Positions 29,558 through 39,195 of a stretch of DNA of 48,761 nt are shown here, one piece after another. Under the pieces are notes generated by a model, which was not told the origin of the DNA, made no database searches, and saw only the letters and a list, made by a program, of their open reading frames with translations. Positions within the stretch are counted from its first letter, which is position 1. Every line of letters begins with the position of its first letter. Source of the DNA: an uncultured Methanosarcinales archaeon (lineage in GTDB: Archaea; Nanobdellota; Nanobdellia; Woesearchaeales; CAZOXR01); contig CAZMIO010000008.1 in assembly GCA_964566535.1 (NCBI GenBank), positions 1-48,761 on the forward strand, given 5' to 3'. The translations under genes were made by a program, and so were the position numbers.

Positions 29558-30139
29558 ATGGTGATATCTATGAAAAAATTAATAATCTATGCGCATCCAA
29601 AAGAAGAAGGCCATTGTGCAACTGTTCTTAATGAAGTGAGAGACACATTAGTCAAAAAAAATAAAGAATTTGAACTTCTTGACTTGTACAGGATTAATTT
29701 TGACCCAATTCTGACAAAAGAAGAATTCACAACAGAAGGCCACACTAAAGCCACTGAACAAAACAAACTAATTCAAGATAAGATAAACGCATCAGACGAA
29801 TTAATATTCATTTACCCCGCTTGGTGGGCTGGGATGCCGGCAATCTTAAAAGGTTTCTTCGACCGACTATTCACCGAAGGCTTCGCACTAAGTTTTGAAG
29901 GAAAGATGCCAAAAGGACTGCTCAAAAACAAAAAAGCAACAGTATATATGACCACAGGCGGACCAAAATTCATACACTTCATAATGGGAAACAGATACAA
30001 AAAACTGATCAAAAAAGACATTCTAGAATTCAGTGGAATCAAAACTAATTTTATCCACATAGACAACTGTAGACAACTCGACGACAAGAAAAAACAAGAA
30101 ATAAAAAATATTGTTTCTGAAGTGATGGAAGAAGAATAA
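29558..30139 (+). CDS. NAD(P)H:quinone oxidoreductase (flavodoxin-2 family)
   Basis: YAHP, YPAWWAGMPAILKGFFDR, TTGG; start may be 29570. Confidence 0.9.
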   Translation: MVISMKKLIIYAHPKEEGHCATVLNEVRDTLVKKNKEFELLDLYRINFDPILTKEEFTTEGHTKATEQNKLIQDKINASDELIFIYPAWWAGMPAILKGFFDRLFTEGFALSFEGKMPKGLLKNKKATVYMTTGGPKFIHFIMGNRYKKLIKKDILEFSGIKTNFIHIDNCRQLDDKKKQEIKNIVSEVMEEE

Positions 30140-30151
30140 TGAATTCTGTAA

Positions 30152-30343
30152 CTAATCAAAAATAAACAATTCTTCTATAGTCGTCTTTAACTCCTTAGCT
30201 ATATCATGAGCCAACTGCAAAGAAGGATTATATTTCCCTTTCTCCAAAAAAACTATAGTCTCTCTTCTAACTCCAACTATCTTTGCCAACTCTTCCTGCG
30301 TAAAATTATGCCTTGCCCTAAATTCTTTTATCCTAGTCTTCAT
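30152..30343 (-). CDS. Cro/XRE-family HTH regulator
   Basis: [28 protein letters not shown]. Confidence 0.93.
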   Translation of the reverse strand: MKTRIKEFRARHNFTQEELAKIVGVRRETIVFLEKGKYNPSLQLAHDIAKELKTTIEELFIFD

Positions 30344-30347
30344 CGTA

Positions 30348-30770
30348 CTAAAACTTAACAGCTATATCTAAGTCCTCTTGTTTATTTGCCCAAAGCCATG
30401 TTATCCCAAATATAACTGCCATTCCAACAATTCCCAATCCAAGAGCCATTTCTGAATTCAAAGTAATAATCTCAAAAACACTAGATACCCACATCAAAAC
30501 AAGTAGATACCACATTGAAATCTTAAATGATTTAGCTCCAGTAAGTAATAATACTTTTCTTGAACGTTCATCTTCCACTGCCAGTCCCTTTTTTGTATCC
30601 TTTGCATCTTTCCAGTGTTTAGCAAGAAAAATAACTGCTAAGATTGCAACGATTGCTGCTATAGAAATAAATTCCATCTTTGGGACCTTTTTCATGGAAA
30701 CCAATAATCCCACAATAACTAGTGCAACTAAAAGAATAGTCACGAGCAATACTTTGTATGATTTTTTCAT
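30348..30770 (-). CDS. DUF2178-like membrane protein
   Basis: DERS motif between TM helices; adjacent to XRE gene. Confidence 0.75.
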   Translation of the reverse strand: MKKSYKVLLVTILLVALVIVGLLVSMKKVPKMEFISIAAIVAILAVIFLAKHWKDAKDTKKGLAVEDERSRKVLLLTGAKSFKISMWYLLVLMWVSSVFEIITLNSEMALGLGIVGMAVIFGITWLWANKQEDLDIAVKF

Positions 30771-30934
30771 TTTTTACTCACTAATGGACGATATTTTGAA
30801 GCACCCATGAATATTATTCCTAGCAATCCCATAAAGGTCCATCCTCCTAAATCTCCTTTTACTGTCAATAATAGAATTCCAGTTATTACTATCATCGTTA
30901 TTCCAATCCAAAACATTGATTTATTTTCTTTCAT
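30767..30934 (-). CDS. Small 2-TM protein (55 aa, not in ORF track)
   Basis: [67 protein letters not shown] overlap with next gene. Confidence 0.75.
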   Translation of the reverse strand: MKENKSMFWIGITMIVITGILLLTVKGDLGGWTFMGLLGIIFMGASKYRPLVSKK

Positions 30935-30988
30935 TTTAATTCACCTTTTAGTTGTTTATTTCCATCATTTTGTTATATTTAGTTAACT

Positions 30989-31012
30989 TTATGTTAGATA
31001 TATATAACATAA
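30989..31012. promoter_or_regulatory. Palindromic operator, probably for the XRE regulator
   Basis: TTATGTTA-N8-TAACATAA just downstream of the minus-strand TATA (~31017-31024). Confidence 0.6.
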
Positions 31013-31044
31013 CTAGTATATAAACTTTGCTATTAGAACAAATT

Positions 31045-31626
31045 TCACATTAAACCAGGAACCAACCTATTAGTCTTCTTCATATAATCCTTATATCCCT
31101 TACCAAACTGCTTAATCATCAACTTCTCTTCATCACCAACCCTCACAAAATAAAGCAAAGCAAAACTAGCAATCCCTCCAACCCCCACTAACCAATTAGA
31201 GAGAAATACTCCTTGACTAAGTACCCACAAGAAAAAAGCACTATACATTGGATGTCTTACATACTTATATGGCCCCTTAGTAATCAACTTCTGATTCTTC
31301 TTTATCTGCAGCGTAGGCGACCAATTCACATCCAAAGCATTATGACTCCAATTATGCAGATAAACTGCAAACGCAAAGGCAATTCCACCAATAATCCTAA
31401 CAAACATAGGCAATCCCATATTGTAGCTGTCCAACAAATCAGAAAAAACATAAAACAAAGGAAGCACCATCATAATTGAACCAAAGAACAGTAGAACATA
31501 CTCTCTTTTCTGCTTAACAGAAATAATTGCCTTCATCTTCTTCACTTTCTGAGCAATCGGAGCTCTACCAGCAGCAGCAATAACATAAAGAACCATATAC
31601 ACTATCTTAATTATCAATTCTGACAT
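31045..31626 (-). CDS. Isoprenylcysteine carboxyl methyltransferase (ICMT/PEMT) family
   Basis: LITKGPYKYVRHPMY, EE..M..FG..Y..Y. Confidence 0.9.
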   Translation of the reverse strand: MSELIIKIVYMVLYVIAAAGRAPIAQKVKKMKAIISVKQKREYVLLFFGSIMMVLPLFYVFSDLLDSYNMGLPMFVRIIGGIAFAFAVYLHNWSHNALDVNWSPTLQIKKNQKLITKGPYKYVRHPMYSAFFLWVLSQGVFLSNWLVGVGGIASFALLYFVRVGDEEKLMIKQFGKGYKDYMKKTNRLVPGLM

Positions 31627-31669
31627 AGATCAAATAAAGAAATAAAAGTTAATAAACCTTTCGAAAGAT

Positions 31670-32029
31670 TTATTCATTTGCATAAGGTTTATCCTGCTCG
31701 GCAACATTTCTATAATTTCCATTCTCAAGATGTTCAACTAACCTACCCACGTCATCATGAACTTCCCTAAGAAGATCTACATGTCTTTTCAAATTAGTAG
31801 GCTCTCCACAAACAGCTTCATAACCATGCCTTGGATTATCATCTGCTGCAGCTTGTACTAGTAAACTTGGCAGTCCAACATAATCCCAAGTAAGTGTCTC
31901 CATTGTCATATCGCCTTTTTTGGCAGCATTACCAGATTCCCATTCTAGAGTTACTTCTCCTCGACTTCTAAATGCACTTAACTGACCATTATCTACTACA
32001 TACGGTTCATTTAAAGTCATTCCTGTCAT
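31670..32029 (-). CDS. Hypothetical protein
   Basis: 119-aa ORF with GAGGGG SD. Confidence 0.65.
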   Translation of the reverse strand: MTGMTLNEPYVVDNGQLSAFRSRGEVTLEWESGNAAKKGDMTMETLTWDYVGLPSLLVQAAADDNPRHGYEAVCGEPTNLKRHVDLLREVHDDVGRLVEHLENGNYRNVAEQDKPYANE

Positions 32030-32140
32030 TTTATTCCCCTCAAATCCATATAAAAAACCGGAAGAAAAAAGAGTTAATAAACCTTACCATTCACAACCCT
32101 AATAGAAGCATTTATATAGGCTCAAAATATCCTTATTGCT

Positions 32141-32269
32141 ATGGTAGATTATAACATAGTGAAGTTTTGCAGGTGGTGCGGAGTAAGATTTGTAGTCAAC
32201 AAAAAAGAAGCAAAGAAGAACTATTGTGATAAATGCCAAAAGAAAATGAAAACTTTGAAGAAGGATTAG
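32141..32269 (+). CDS. Small CxxC-x15-CxxC zinc-ribbon protein (42 aa, not in ORF track)
   Basis: [54 protein letters not shown] at 32111-32118. Confidence 0.75.
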   Translation: MVDYNIVKFCRWCGVRFVVNKKEAKKNYCDKCQKKMKTLKKD

Positions 32270-32286
32270 TTGGGAGGAACAATAAA

Positions 32287-32526
32287 ATGAAAGGAACAGT
32301 AAAATTTTTTAATGAAATGAAAGGATTTGGATTTATAGCAGCTGAAGACGGAAAAGAATATTTCGTTCATCAATCAGCTCTACCAGAAGGCGTTAAGTTA
32401 AACGAGAACGACGCTGTTGAATTCGATGTAGAAGAAGGCGATAGAGGACCTAAAGCAGTTAATGTGAAACAAGAAGGTTCAGAAGCAAGTTCAGAAGAGA
32501 GTTCTGAAGAAACTACAGAAGAATAA
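32287..32526 (+). CDS. Cold-shock domain protein (CspA family) with acidic tail
   Basis: [36 protein letters not shown] places the start at 32287. Confidence 0.95.
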   Translation: MKGTVKFFNEMKGFGFIAAEDGKEYFVHQSALPEGVKLNENDAVEFDVEEGDRGPKAVNVKQEGSEASSEESSEETTEE

Positions 32527-32599
32527 TTTTGAATCACATTCAAAAAGAATTTCTTTATTTTTTTATTATTTTTATTAAACAATTATAGTTTTAAATCCA

Positions 32600-33010
32600 A
32601 TGAGAATACCAAAAAGATACGGACAATCAAGGATAGATAACTGCCCTTTCTGCGAAAAAGTTAGCACAACTAAGAACAAACAAGGAGTGCCAGTCTGTCA
32701 AAACCACAAAGAGAACGTATTAAAAGACTTAAAGTGTGTTTGTGGTGAATGGCTTGATCTTTTAGAGGGAAAATGGGGCCCTTACTTTAAGTGTATTAAT
32801 TGTGGAAATATCAACTTCAATAAAGGACTTGAATTAAACCCTCAAATTAAAGATGAAGAAAGTTCTGATGAAGATGATGATTCAAATGAAACTCCAACAA
32901 CTGATGAAACCTCCACAGAACGTGAAACAACTAATTCTTCCCAAAAACAAACACAGTACGAACACAAACCAACAGAAACAACAGTAAGATCAGATGAGTT
33001 AGATTTCTAG
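32600..33010 (+). CDS. Cys-rich zinc-finger protein with acidic tail
   Basis: CPFC, C..H, CVCG, CINCG. Confidence 0.75.
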   Translation: MRIPKRYGQSRIDNCPFCEKVSTTKNKQGVPVCQNHKENVLKDLKCVCGEWLDLLEGKWGPYFKCINCGNINFNKGLELNPQIKDEESSDEDDDSNETPTTDETSTERETTNSSQKQTQYEHKPTETTVRSDELDF

Positions 33011-33049
33011 ACAGAAAGTATTTTATACCTTCCTTCTTAATCGATTACC

Positions 33050-33727
33050 ATGCAACGTGTACAAAAATTACTATCCAACTACGGCTATTGTTCTAGAAGA
33101 AAAGCTGAAAAGCTAATTGAAGAAGGAAGAGTTAAAGTAAACGACAAAACAATAACAATAGGAGACAAAGCAACAGAAAAAGATAAAATCTACGTTGACA
33201 ACAAACTAATTAACAAAGAAAAAAAGCTCTACTTAATCTTCAACAAACCAATTAACTGCGTAACTGCATTAACAGATGATAAATATCAAACAGTAATGCA
33301 CTACATAAAGATAAAAGAAAGAGTTTTTCCAATTGGAAGGCTAGACTACAAAACTTCCGGATTACTCCTACTAACAAACGATGGAGACTTCGCAAACAAA
33401 ATAATGCATCCCAGTTATGAAATAAAAAAAACATACAAAGTAGAAGTTGACAAATTCGTTTCCATAAACTCAATAAAAAAGATAGAACAAGGCATGCACC
33501 TAGAAGACGGAAAGACAGCCCCAGCAGAAGTAAACCAACTAAAAGATAGAGTCCTAGAAATAACAATACATGAAGGTAAAAATAGAATTATTAGAAGAAT
33601 GATGAAATCCCTAGGCTACCAAATAAAAACACTAAAGAGAACAAAGATAAGCAATTTAGAATTAGGAAGCTTAAAGCTAGGAACATTCAGAGAGCTAACT
33701 GAAAAGGAGAAGAATAAGATATTCTAA
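33050..33727 (+). CDS. RsuA/RluB family pseudouridine synthase
   Basis: S4 domain (SRRKAE), GRLD, GLLLLTNDG, EGKNR. Confidence 0.93.
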   Translation: MQRVQKLLSNYGYCSRRKAEKLIEEGRVKVNDKTITIGDKATEKDKIYVDNKLINKEKKLYLIFNKPINCVTALTDDKYQTVMHYIKIKERVFPIGRLDYKTSGLLLLTNDGDFANKIMHPSYEIKKTYKVEVDKFVSINSIKKIEQGMHLEDGKTAPAEVNQLKDRVLEITIHEGKNRIIRRMMKSLGYQIKTLKRTKISNLELGSLKLGTFRELTEKEKNKIF

Positions 33728-33734
33728 TAAAACC

Positions 33735-34817
33735 TCAAAGATCTCCTTCAACCAAAATATCCTTACCTATCTTCTTAGAACTAATATTCTTTAATTTAAT
33801 GCTCTTATCAACTTCAGTAATTCCCAAATCACCAATAGCACCTATTCCAGAACCAATAACAGATGGAGCAATAAATATCATTATCTTATCAACTATACCA
33901 GCACTCAGTGCAGACGAATTCAAAGTAGCTCCACCTTCCAACATTATAGAAGTAATCTCTAACCTCCCTAATTTCTTCATAAGATTCTGCAAGTCAACTC
34001 TTCCTTTTAACGTATCAATAACTAAAACATTTGCACCCATTTGATGCAATTTTTTCATCTTCTGCTTATTTGCTTTCTTAGTCGTTGCAATTATCAGTTT
34101 AGTTGGATCCTTCAAAACCTTAGCTTTCAAAGGAATCTTCAATTTACTATCAACAACAATCCTAATTGGATCCTTCCCCTTAACTAATCTAACGGTCAGC
34201 TGAGGATCATCTTTAAGTATTGTATTAATCCCAACCATAATTCCATCTAACTCTGCCCTTAATTGATGAACGTACTTCCTAGCTTCCCTACCAGTTATAT
34301 ACTTAGAATCGCCAGTTTTTGTTGCAATCTTACCATCCAAGGAAGTAGCAGCCTTCACAACAACAAATGGTTTCTTCGTTTTAATATACTTAATATAAGC
34401 CTCATTTAATTTCCTGCATTCCTTATCTAAGAAACCCATCTTTGTCTTAAGGCCCCTAAATTTCAATTCTTGGCAACCTTCAACCTTAGAGTTAGGATCC
34501 TTCATACCAATAATAACTTCCCTTACACCAGCCTCAACTATCCTTTCAGTACATGGTGGAGTTTTCCCCCAATGAGAACAAGGCTCTAAAGTAACATACA
34601 TCGTAGAATCCTTAGCCTTACTGCCAGCTTCATTTAAAGCAAGAATTTCAGCATGTGGCTCTCCAGCCTTCTTATGGTAACCTTTACCGATTATCTGATT
34701 CCTCTTGGTAATTATACAACCAACCATTGGATTAGGACTAGTAGTCCCCTTTCCCTTTTCAGCCAGTTTTAGCGCTAATTCTATGAATTTCTTGTGTGAA
34801 ATCATTCTGTAAACCAC
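33735..34817 (-). CDS. ribD: Bifunctional riboflavin deaminase/reductase
   Basis: PNPMVG, HAE, TLEPCSH..TPPC, SLDGKIA, EGG; start may be 34805. Confidence 0.95.
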   Translation of the reverse strand: MVYRMISHKKFIELALKLAEKGKGTTSPNPMVGCIITKRNQIIGKGYHKKAGEPHAEILALNEAGSKAKDSTMYVTLEPCSHWGKTPPCTERIVEAGVREVIIGMKDPNSKVEGCQELKFRGLKTKMGFLDKECRKLNEAYIKYIKTKKPFVVVKAATSLDGKIATKTGDSKYITGREARKYVHQLRAELDGIMVGINTILKDDPQLTVRLVKGKDPIRIVVDSKLKIPLKAKVLKDPTKLIIATTKKANKQKMKKLHQMGANVLVIDTLKGRVDLQNLMKKLGRLEITSIMLEGGATLNSSALSAGIVDKIMIFIAPSVIGSGIGAIGDLGITEVDKSIKLKNISSKKIGKDILVEGDL

Positions 34818-34954
34818 CCAATATACTATTCATGAACTCGGTAATATATAAAGTTAAGGGTTTATTCCAGTCATTCTTCTTCATTACCTTTAGGTAGTAA
34901 AAATAGAAAGCTTTATATACTACTAATAATTCTTATTAACTACTTAGTAGTAAA

Positions 34955-35086
34955 ATGAAACAAGTATTTACAATATCAATAGATGAGAAATTAGTGGATA
35001 AGATTAGATCCACCTATAGAAAAAAAAGATTCCGTAACAAATCTCACCTAGTTGAAGAAGCAATTGAGGAGTTCTTAAGAAAATGA
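34955..35086 (+). CDS. Ribbon-helix-helix (CopG-like) protein (43 aa, not in ORF track)
   Basis: MKQVFTISIDEKLVDKIRSTYRKKRFRNKSHLVEEAIEEFLRK; ATGA overlap with 35083. Confidence 0.85.
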   Translation: MKQVFTISIDEKLVDKIRSTYRKKRFRNKSHLVEEAIEEFLRK

Positions 35087-36636
35087 GCATAGAAACCTTA
35101 GTAGCAGAAATAGAAAGAAATCCAGACTTTGAAGTATCTTCAAAAGCGCTGCTTCCACATATCGATAGTCCAGAATTCTTTGATGGATTCATAAGAGCAC
35201 GGGGCCATAGTTCCCCTCTTGGTAAATACAAAAAAAGGCAGTATGAAGAAGGGGGAGATTTTCTAGATGCAATCAGAGAAAAAAGAGACTTATTTAGAGA
35301 GTATCTGCAAAATCTATATCCTACACTTGATGATTTTAAACAAGACATAGCACTTGCAAGGACACTAGGTGTAGCAAAAACAACCGCTACAGGAACAAGT
35401 AAGGGTAATCCAAGTACAAATAAAGCAGATGTTATTGCAAAATGTGTTAGTGAAAAATTAGTTGACCCAATAATGCCAAGTGACTATGCCATAAGCGGAC
35501 AAGGGCATACAAGTTGGTATGTAGCTCCAGAGGTAGTCGGAACTAAAAACGCGTTTTGGAATCTAGGAGTATATGTAAAAAATGAAATTGGAAACCTAGA
35601 TGATTTAAAAGGAAATAAAGCAGTCGGAAAGATTAATGCAGTAGTTAATGGATTAAGGGGTCATCTAAAAGAAGAGTATCCTTTCTTAGAAGAATACCAA
35701 CATTTTGGTTCAAGAGATGTAAATCTAGCTGCTAGAGCTTGTGTAGAATTTGGTTTTATTGACCCAGTTATTCCTATGGGTCACAACCTCAGCAGAGGTA
35801 GAGGAACTACTCTTAGTGCGTATGTTCATCCAGTGGCTGTAGGTCCGAAAAGAGCACTAAAAAATATATCAATATTTTTTGAAGAAAACTTCCAAACATT
35901 AGATGATATAAGCTTTAAAAATCCAAGAACTAATTCATTAGACACAGGGATTAGGAATTTAACTGAAGCATTAGGAGAGGAGTATCCATATTTAAGAGAA
36001 CTAGAAGAGTATTCACTTATGAATACCCAAGCAATATCTAAAGCATGCATTGAACTTGGGTTAATCTCAGCTGAGATACCAGACAATTATGAACTTGAAG
36101 ATAGATCAAGAAGAGATTTATCACATTATTGTAATCCAAAGATTGTTGGAACTGATATAGCAGAAGCAAACTTAAGGAAATATATCGGTCAAAGATATGG
36201 CACCTTAGACAGTTTGTCAAGCAGGGATAGATCAATAAACACTCACTTATCTAAACTATTAGAAGTTGATCCTCGTCTGTCTGAAATTGCAAGAGAATGT
36301 GTTAACAGAGGTATACTTGATCCTGAACTTCCAGATGGCTACGAAATTATCCGAGGTCGGAACAGGAATAGTTTTTACATTGATCCAGAAGTTATAGGTA
36401 GGGAACAAGCGGAAGAAAACCTAAGAAGATATATCCAATCTAGGTACAGCCATATAGATGAACTAGATAGAACTCCAGCAATAATATCTGCCTTGGAAAG
36501 GGTTGGACATCCAATTGCAAGAAAACAATCAGTAACAGACTTAAAGGCTAAAATAGCAGAACTAGGATGGTTAGATACAACTAACTTCAGACCTTATACT
36601 GACCAGTTCCATCTCTCTCCCCCGGACCATACCTAA
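35083..36636 (+). CDS. Orphan protein with ~4 internal repeats of 84-102 aa
   Basis: Repeated C.e.g..dp..P..y......Y..P..vG...A..Nl..y......ld.l. Confidence 0.8.
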   Translation: MSIETLVAEIERNPDFEVSSKALLPHIDSPEFFDGFIRARGHSSPLGKYKKRQYEEGGDFLDAIREKRDLFREYLQNLYPTLDDFKQDIALARTLGVAKTTATGTSKGNPSTNKADVIAKCVSEKLVDPIMPSDYAISGQGHTSWYVAPEVVGTKNAFWNLGVYVKNEIGNLDDLKGNKAVGKINAVVNGLRGHLKEEYPFLEEYQHFGSRDVNLAARACVEFGFIDPVIPMGHNLSRGRGTTLSAYVHPVAVGPKRALKNISIFFEENFQTLDDISFKNPRTNSLDTGIRNLTEALGEEYPYLRELEEYSLMNTQAISKACIELGLISAEIPDNYELEDRSRRDLSHYCNPKIVGTDIAEANLRKYIGQRYGTLDSLSSRDRSINTHLSKLLEVDPRLSEIARECVNRGILDPELPDGYEIIRGRNRNSFYIDPEVIGREQAEENLRRYIQSRYSHIDELDRTPAIISALERVGHPIARKQSVTDLKAKIAELGWLDTTNFRPYTDQFHLSPPDHT

Positions 36637-37315
36637 CATGAAATTTAAGAACTCTCTCCCCTCCAAAAAAGAAATTACCCTTACCATAAGGAGTATCAAG
36701 TGTAAAGTTAAGTGCAGCAACATCTTCTCCCTCTGGATGAATATGCCACTTCTCCTTTCTTTCATTTCTGCCCTCAATTCTCTCACCAGGAACCTCAGGA
36801 GTTGGTATGAAACCAACCCCTACATCCCCCAATAATTCATAAGATGGATGGTATGATGAAAAACCATCACCATAATTCAAACCTACTCTCACTTTCTGCC
36901 CATGTTCCCTCCCACTTCTAAACTTAATCTCAGGAACAAATAGATCATACTGGGGTAACTTAACATTTCTCTCACCAACCATGTACCCTCCTGGATTCAA
37001 ATACCTTAAACTCGGCATTCCAGCTGTTTCATGAGTAGCATTTAACTCCTCAACCTTAGCTTGAAGCTCCAATTCCCTCTCAATCAGTTCTGGAAGACTG
37101 CCTCTTTTAATTACATCATCAAAATCAACTTGATGCCAGTATGGAAACCCTGTTCGTGATCCAGCCTTACCTCGTTCAATTGGTTCAATAATAATATCTT
37201 TATGTGTTTCCCCATCCGGATCACGTAGATCAACACCCTTCACATCTTGCAAAAAGGGCCCATACCATTCTAAGAATTCAGCCAAAAACCCCTCCACGCC
37301 TTGTATATTATCCAT
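36587..37315 (-). CDS. Hypothetical protein
   Basis: 242-aa ORF with TATA upstream; 3' overlap with convergent gene. Confidence 0.7.
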   Translation of the reverse strand: MDNIQGVEGFLAEFLEWYGPFLQDVKGVDLRDPDGETHKDIIIEPIERGKAGSRTGFPYWHQVDFDDVIKRGSLPELIERELELQAKVEELNATHETAGMPSLRYLNPGGYMVGERNVKLPQYDLFVPEIKFRSGREHGQKVRVGLNYGDGFSSYHPSYELLGDVGVGFIPTPEVPGERIEGRNERKEKWHIHPEGEDVAALNFTLDTPYGKGNFFFGGERVLKFHVRYGPGERDGTGQYKV

Positions 37316-37362
37316 TTTTATTCAGGAAGTTCAAGTTTAATATAAATAGTTTTTCTCCAATG

Positions 37363-38451
37363 TCATCTTCTAACCAACACTTCATCCCTTCTCTCCTTAA
37401 TCTTCTCAACAGTCTCATGAAAATCAGATGGTTCTGGATCAAACAATATATAAGCCATAGTTCTAAGAGGATACAAATCCAAAGAATCTAAATTCAAACG
37501 AGCAAACCTTCCCTTCTCACCAAAAGCCATTCTAGCTTCCCTAATAACTGCCTTATTCGTCCCATACACTCCACCCAATAACGTTCTTCTTGAACCATCC
37601 GACCCAACAACATCCTGTAATCCAAGAATTGATGGTTCACCTGACATCGACATCGAACCAACTAAATTCCCTCCAACATATAACAATGTAGCTAATCCCT
37701 CACTACTTTCATGACAAGGCCCCCCTAAAAATGTCCTTTCATGTTCTTCAAAAAGACAATCATCTATACCAAAAAACCTATCCACAGTTCTTACAGTCCT
37801 AACGCTATCTAATTCAATTGGTTCTTCAGAAGCCTCTAACCAAGGCAAGATTTGTTCCTGATAAGCTAAAGGAATCATATCCATACGCGTAGTTGATATC
37901 AATGCAAGAAGTTCCCTTGATTCAGCAATACCTTCAAAGACCAAATTTAGAACATCATCATCCACCTCTTCAGAACCCAATAATTTATCACCATAAAGCG
38001 CAAATGCCCTTACACCATAGCAGCAATCATTAGCCCTCATCCCCTTCAACACATCAGCCCTCTCTGACTTATCTAATTCATCCCCCCATAATTCATAATA
38101 CCTCATTGCTTTAGCAGCAACATGTATTTTCCTTCTATGATGCAGGCCCATGAATTTCAAACAACCAAAAGGTTCTGCAACAGCTTGCATCCATGAAGAC
38201 ATTGAAAAAGCATAACCTTCATCTCTTGCCATCATTAAGCCTGGAAGAATCTCAATAGCCATTCCTAAATAGGGTGGATTTGCACTAACTCTTGGATCCC
38301 GATTTATACCTTGCTCTAACTGCTCTTGAGTACCATACACCCCAAGAACAGTTTGAGTCACTTCACAAATAGAATCTAACCTACTCGTTGCCTTAGCAAC
38401 TGGCATACCATCATCTAAGAAAGGCCGTAAGTATTCTTGTTGATATGCCAT
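37363..38451 (-). CDS. Hypothetical protein
   Basis: 362-aa ORF with TATA ~22 nt upstream. Confidence 0.75.
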   Translation of the reverse strand: MAYQQEYLRPFLDDGMPVAKATSRLDSICEVTQTVLGVYGTQEQLEQGINRDPRVSANPPYLGMAIEILPGLMMARDEGYAFSMSSWMQAVAEPFGCLKFMGLHHRRKIHVAAKAMRYYELWGDELDKSERADVLKGMRANDCCYGVRAFALYGDKLLGSEEVDDDVLNLVFEGIAESRELLALISTTRMDMIPLAYQEQILPWLEASEEPIELDSVRTVRTVDRFFGIDDCLFEEHERTFLGGPCHESSEGLATLLYVGGNLVGSMSMSGEPSILGLQDVVGSDGSRRTLLGGVYGTNKAVIREARMAFGEKGRFARLNLDSLDLYPLRTMAYILFDPEPSDFHETVEKIKERRDEVLVRR

Positions 38452-38500
38452 TAGAAAACAGAATCAATAAGCATTTAAATATTTAATTACACAGAACTAA

Positions 38501-39094
38501 TCACAAAACATAAGCTATATTCCGACTTCTATATGCCTCATCTCTAGATTTATTCAAACCTATTTCTTCAACTAAACCTAATTGAAAATGATGCCTTACT
38601 TCAAATTCAACCATAACTAAATCACGGTGTGTAAAAACATCCCAATCAACCTTAATACCTTTATAGGGCACAGAAAGTCTCCATTTCTCTAATCTTGGAA
38701 CGTTAGAATTTTTCCAAAAACAATAGAACAGTTCTCGACTAATTGCTGCTTCCTGCTCAGGCACTTCTTTATAGCCCCCATCAAGGTTCAAGTATCCCGA
38801 ATCATCAGGATGTTCTATTTCATCTTCCCCTTTTAGTGTGAGTATATATTTCCTTTCATCAACTTCCCTAAATCTAGGCATAAAAGAATCATTCCATTCC
38901 AAATCAAACCTATCAGCTAACATTCTACCAGTATCTTTGGAAGGGTAGCACTGCCTTATATAACTACCATTCAACATAGCCTGCTCTATCAAATGTTCAA
39001 CGGTAGGATAATAATTTTTAAAGGCAGATGTAGTATAATCTATATCATCTTCCCACAACAACTGTTTAACTTCAATTTCATTCTTAACTACCAT
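38501..39094 (-). CDS. CYTH (triphosphate tunnel metalloenzyme) domain protein
   Basis: N-terminal EIEVK (ExExK), R.R, LTLKG, K.R, D, MVEFE. Confidence 0.7.
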   Translation of the reverse strand: MVVKNEIEVKQLLWEDDIDYTTSAFKNYYPTVEHLIEQAMLNGSYIRQCYPSKDTGRMLADRFDLEWNDSFMPRFREVDERKYILTLKGEDEIEHPDDSGYLNLDGGYKEVPEQEAAISRELFYCFWKNSNVPRLEKWRLSVPYKGIKVDWDVFTHRDLVMVEFEVRHHFQLGLVEEIGLNKSRDEAYRSRNIAYVL

Positions 39095-39195
39095 CAGACA
39101 AGGAGTTTATACACTATTTTTAAATCATTCACTATATTCTAAAGCCTAACTCAGAAAAGAAGTGGAAATAAATTATAAGGAATAAATGTCTACAC

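Noticed and set aside
28929..29564. 211-aa E/V-rich ORF overlapping the helicase tail in another frame
   Set aside because: Explained by the stop-free purine-rich tandem repeat; GTG start, no promoter, and the helicase frame is continuous
30983..31012. dif/Xer site (TTATGTTAGAT resembles an XerD arm)
   Set aside because: No partner arm in the 11-6-11 arrangement; better explained as an XRE operator
32233..32286. N-terminal extension of the cold-shock ORF
   Set aside because: Overlaps the Zn-ribbon microprotein; SD and homology place the start at 32287
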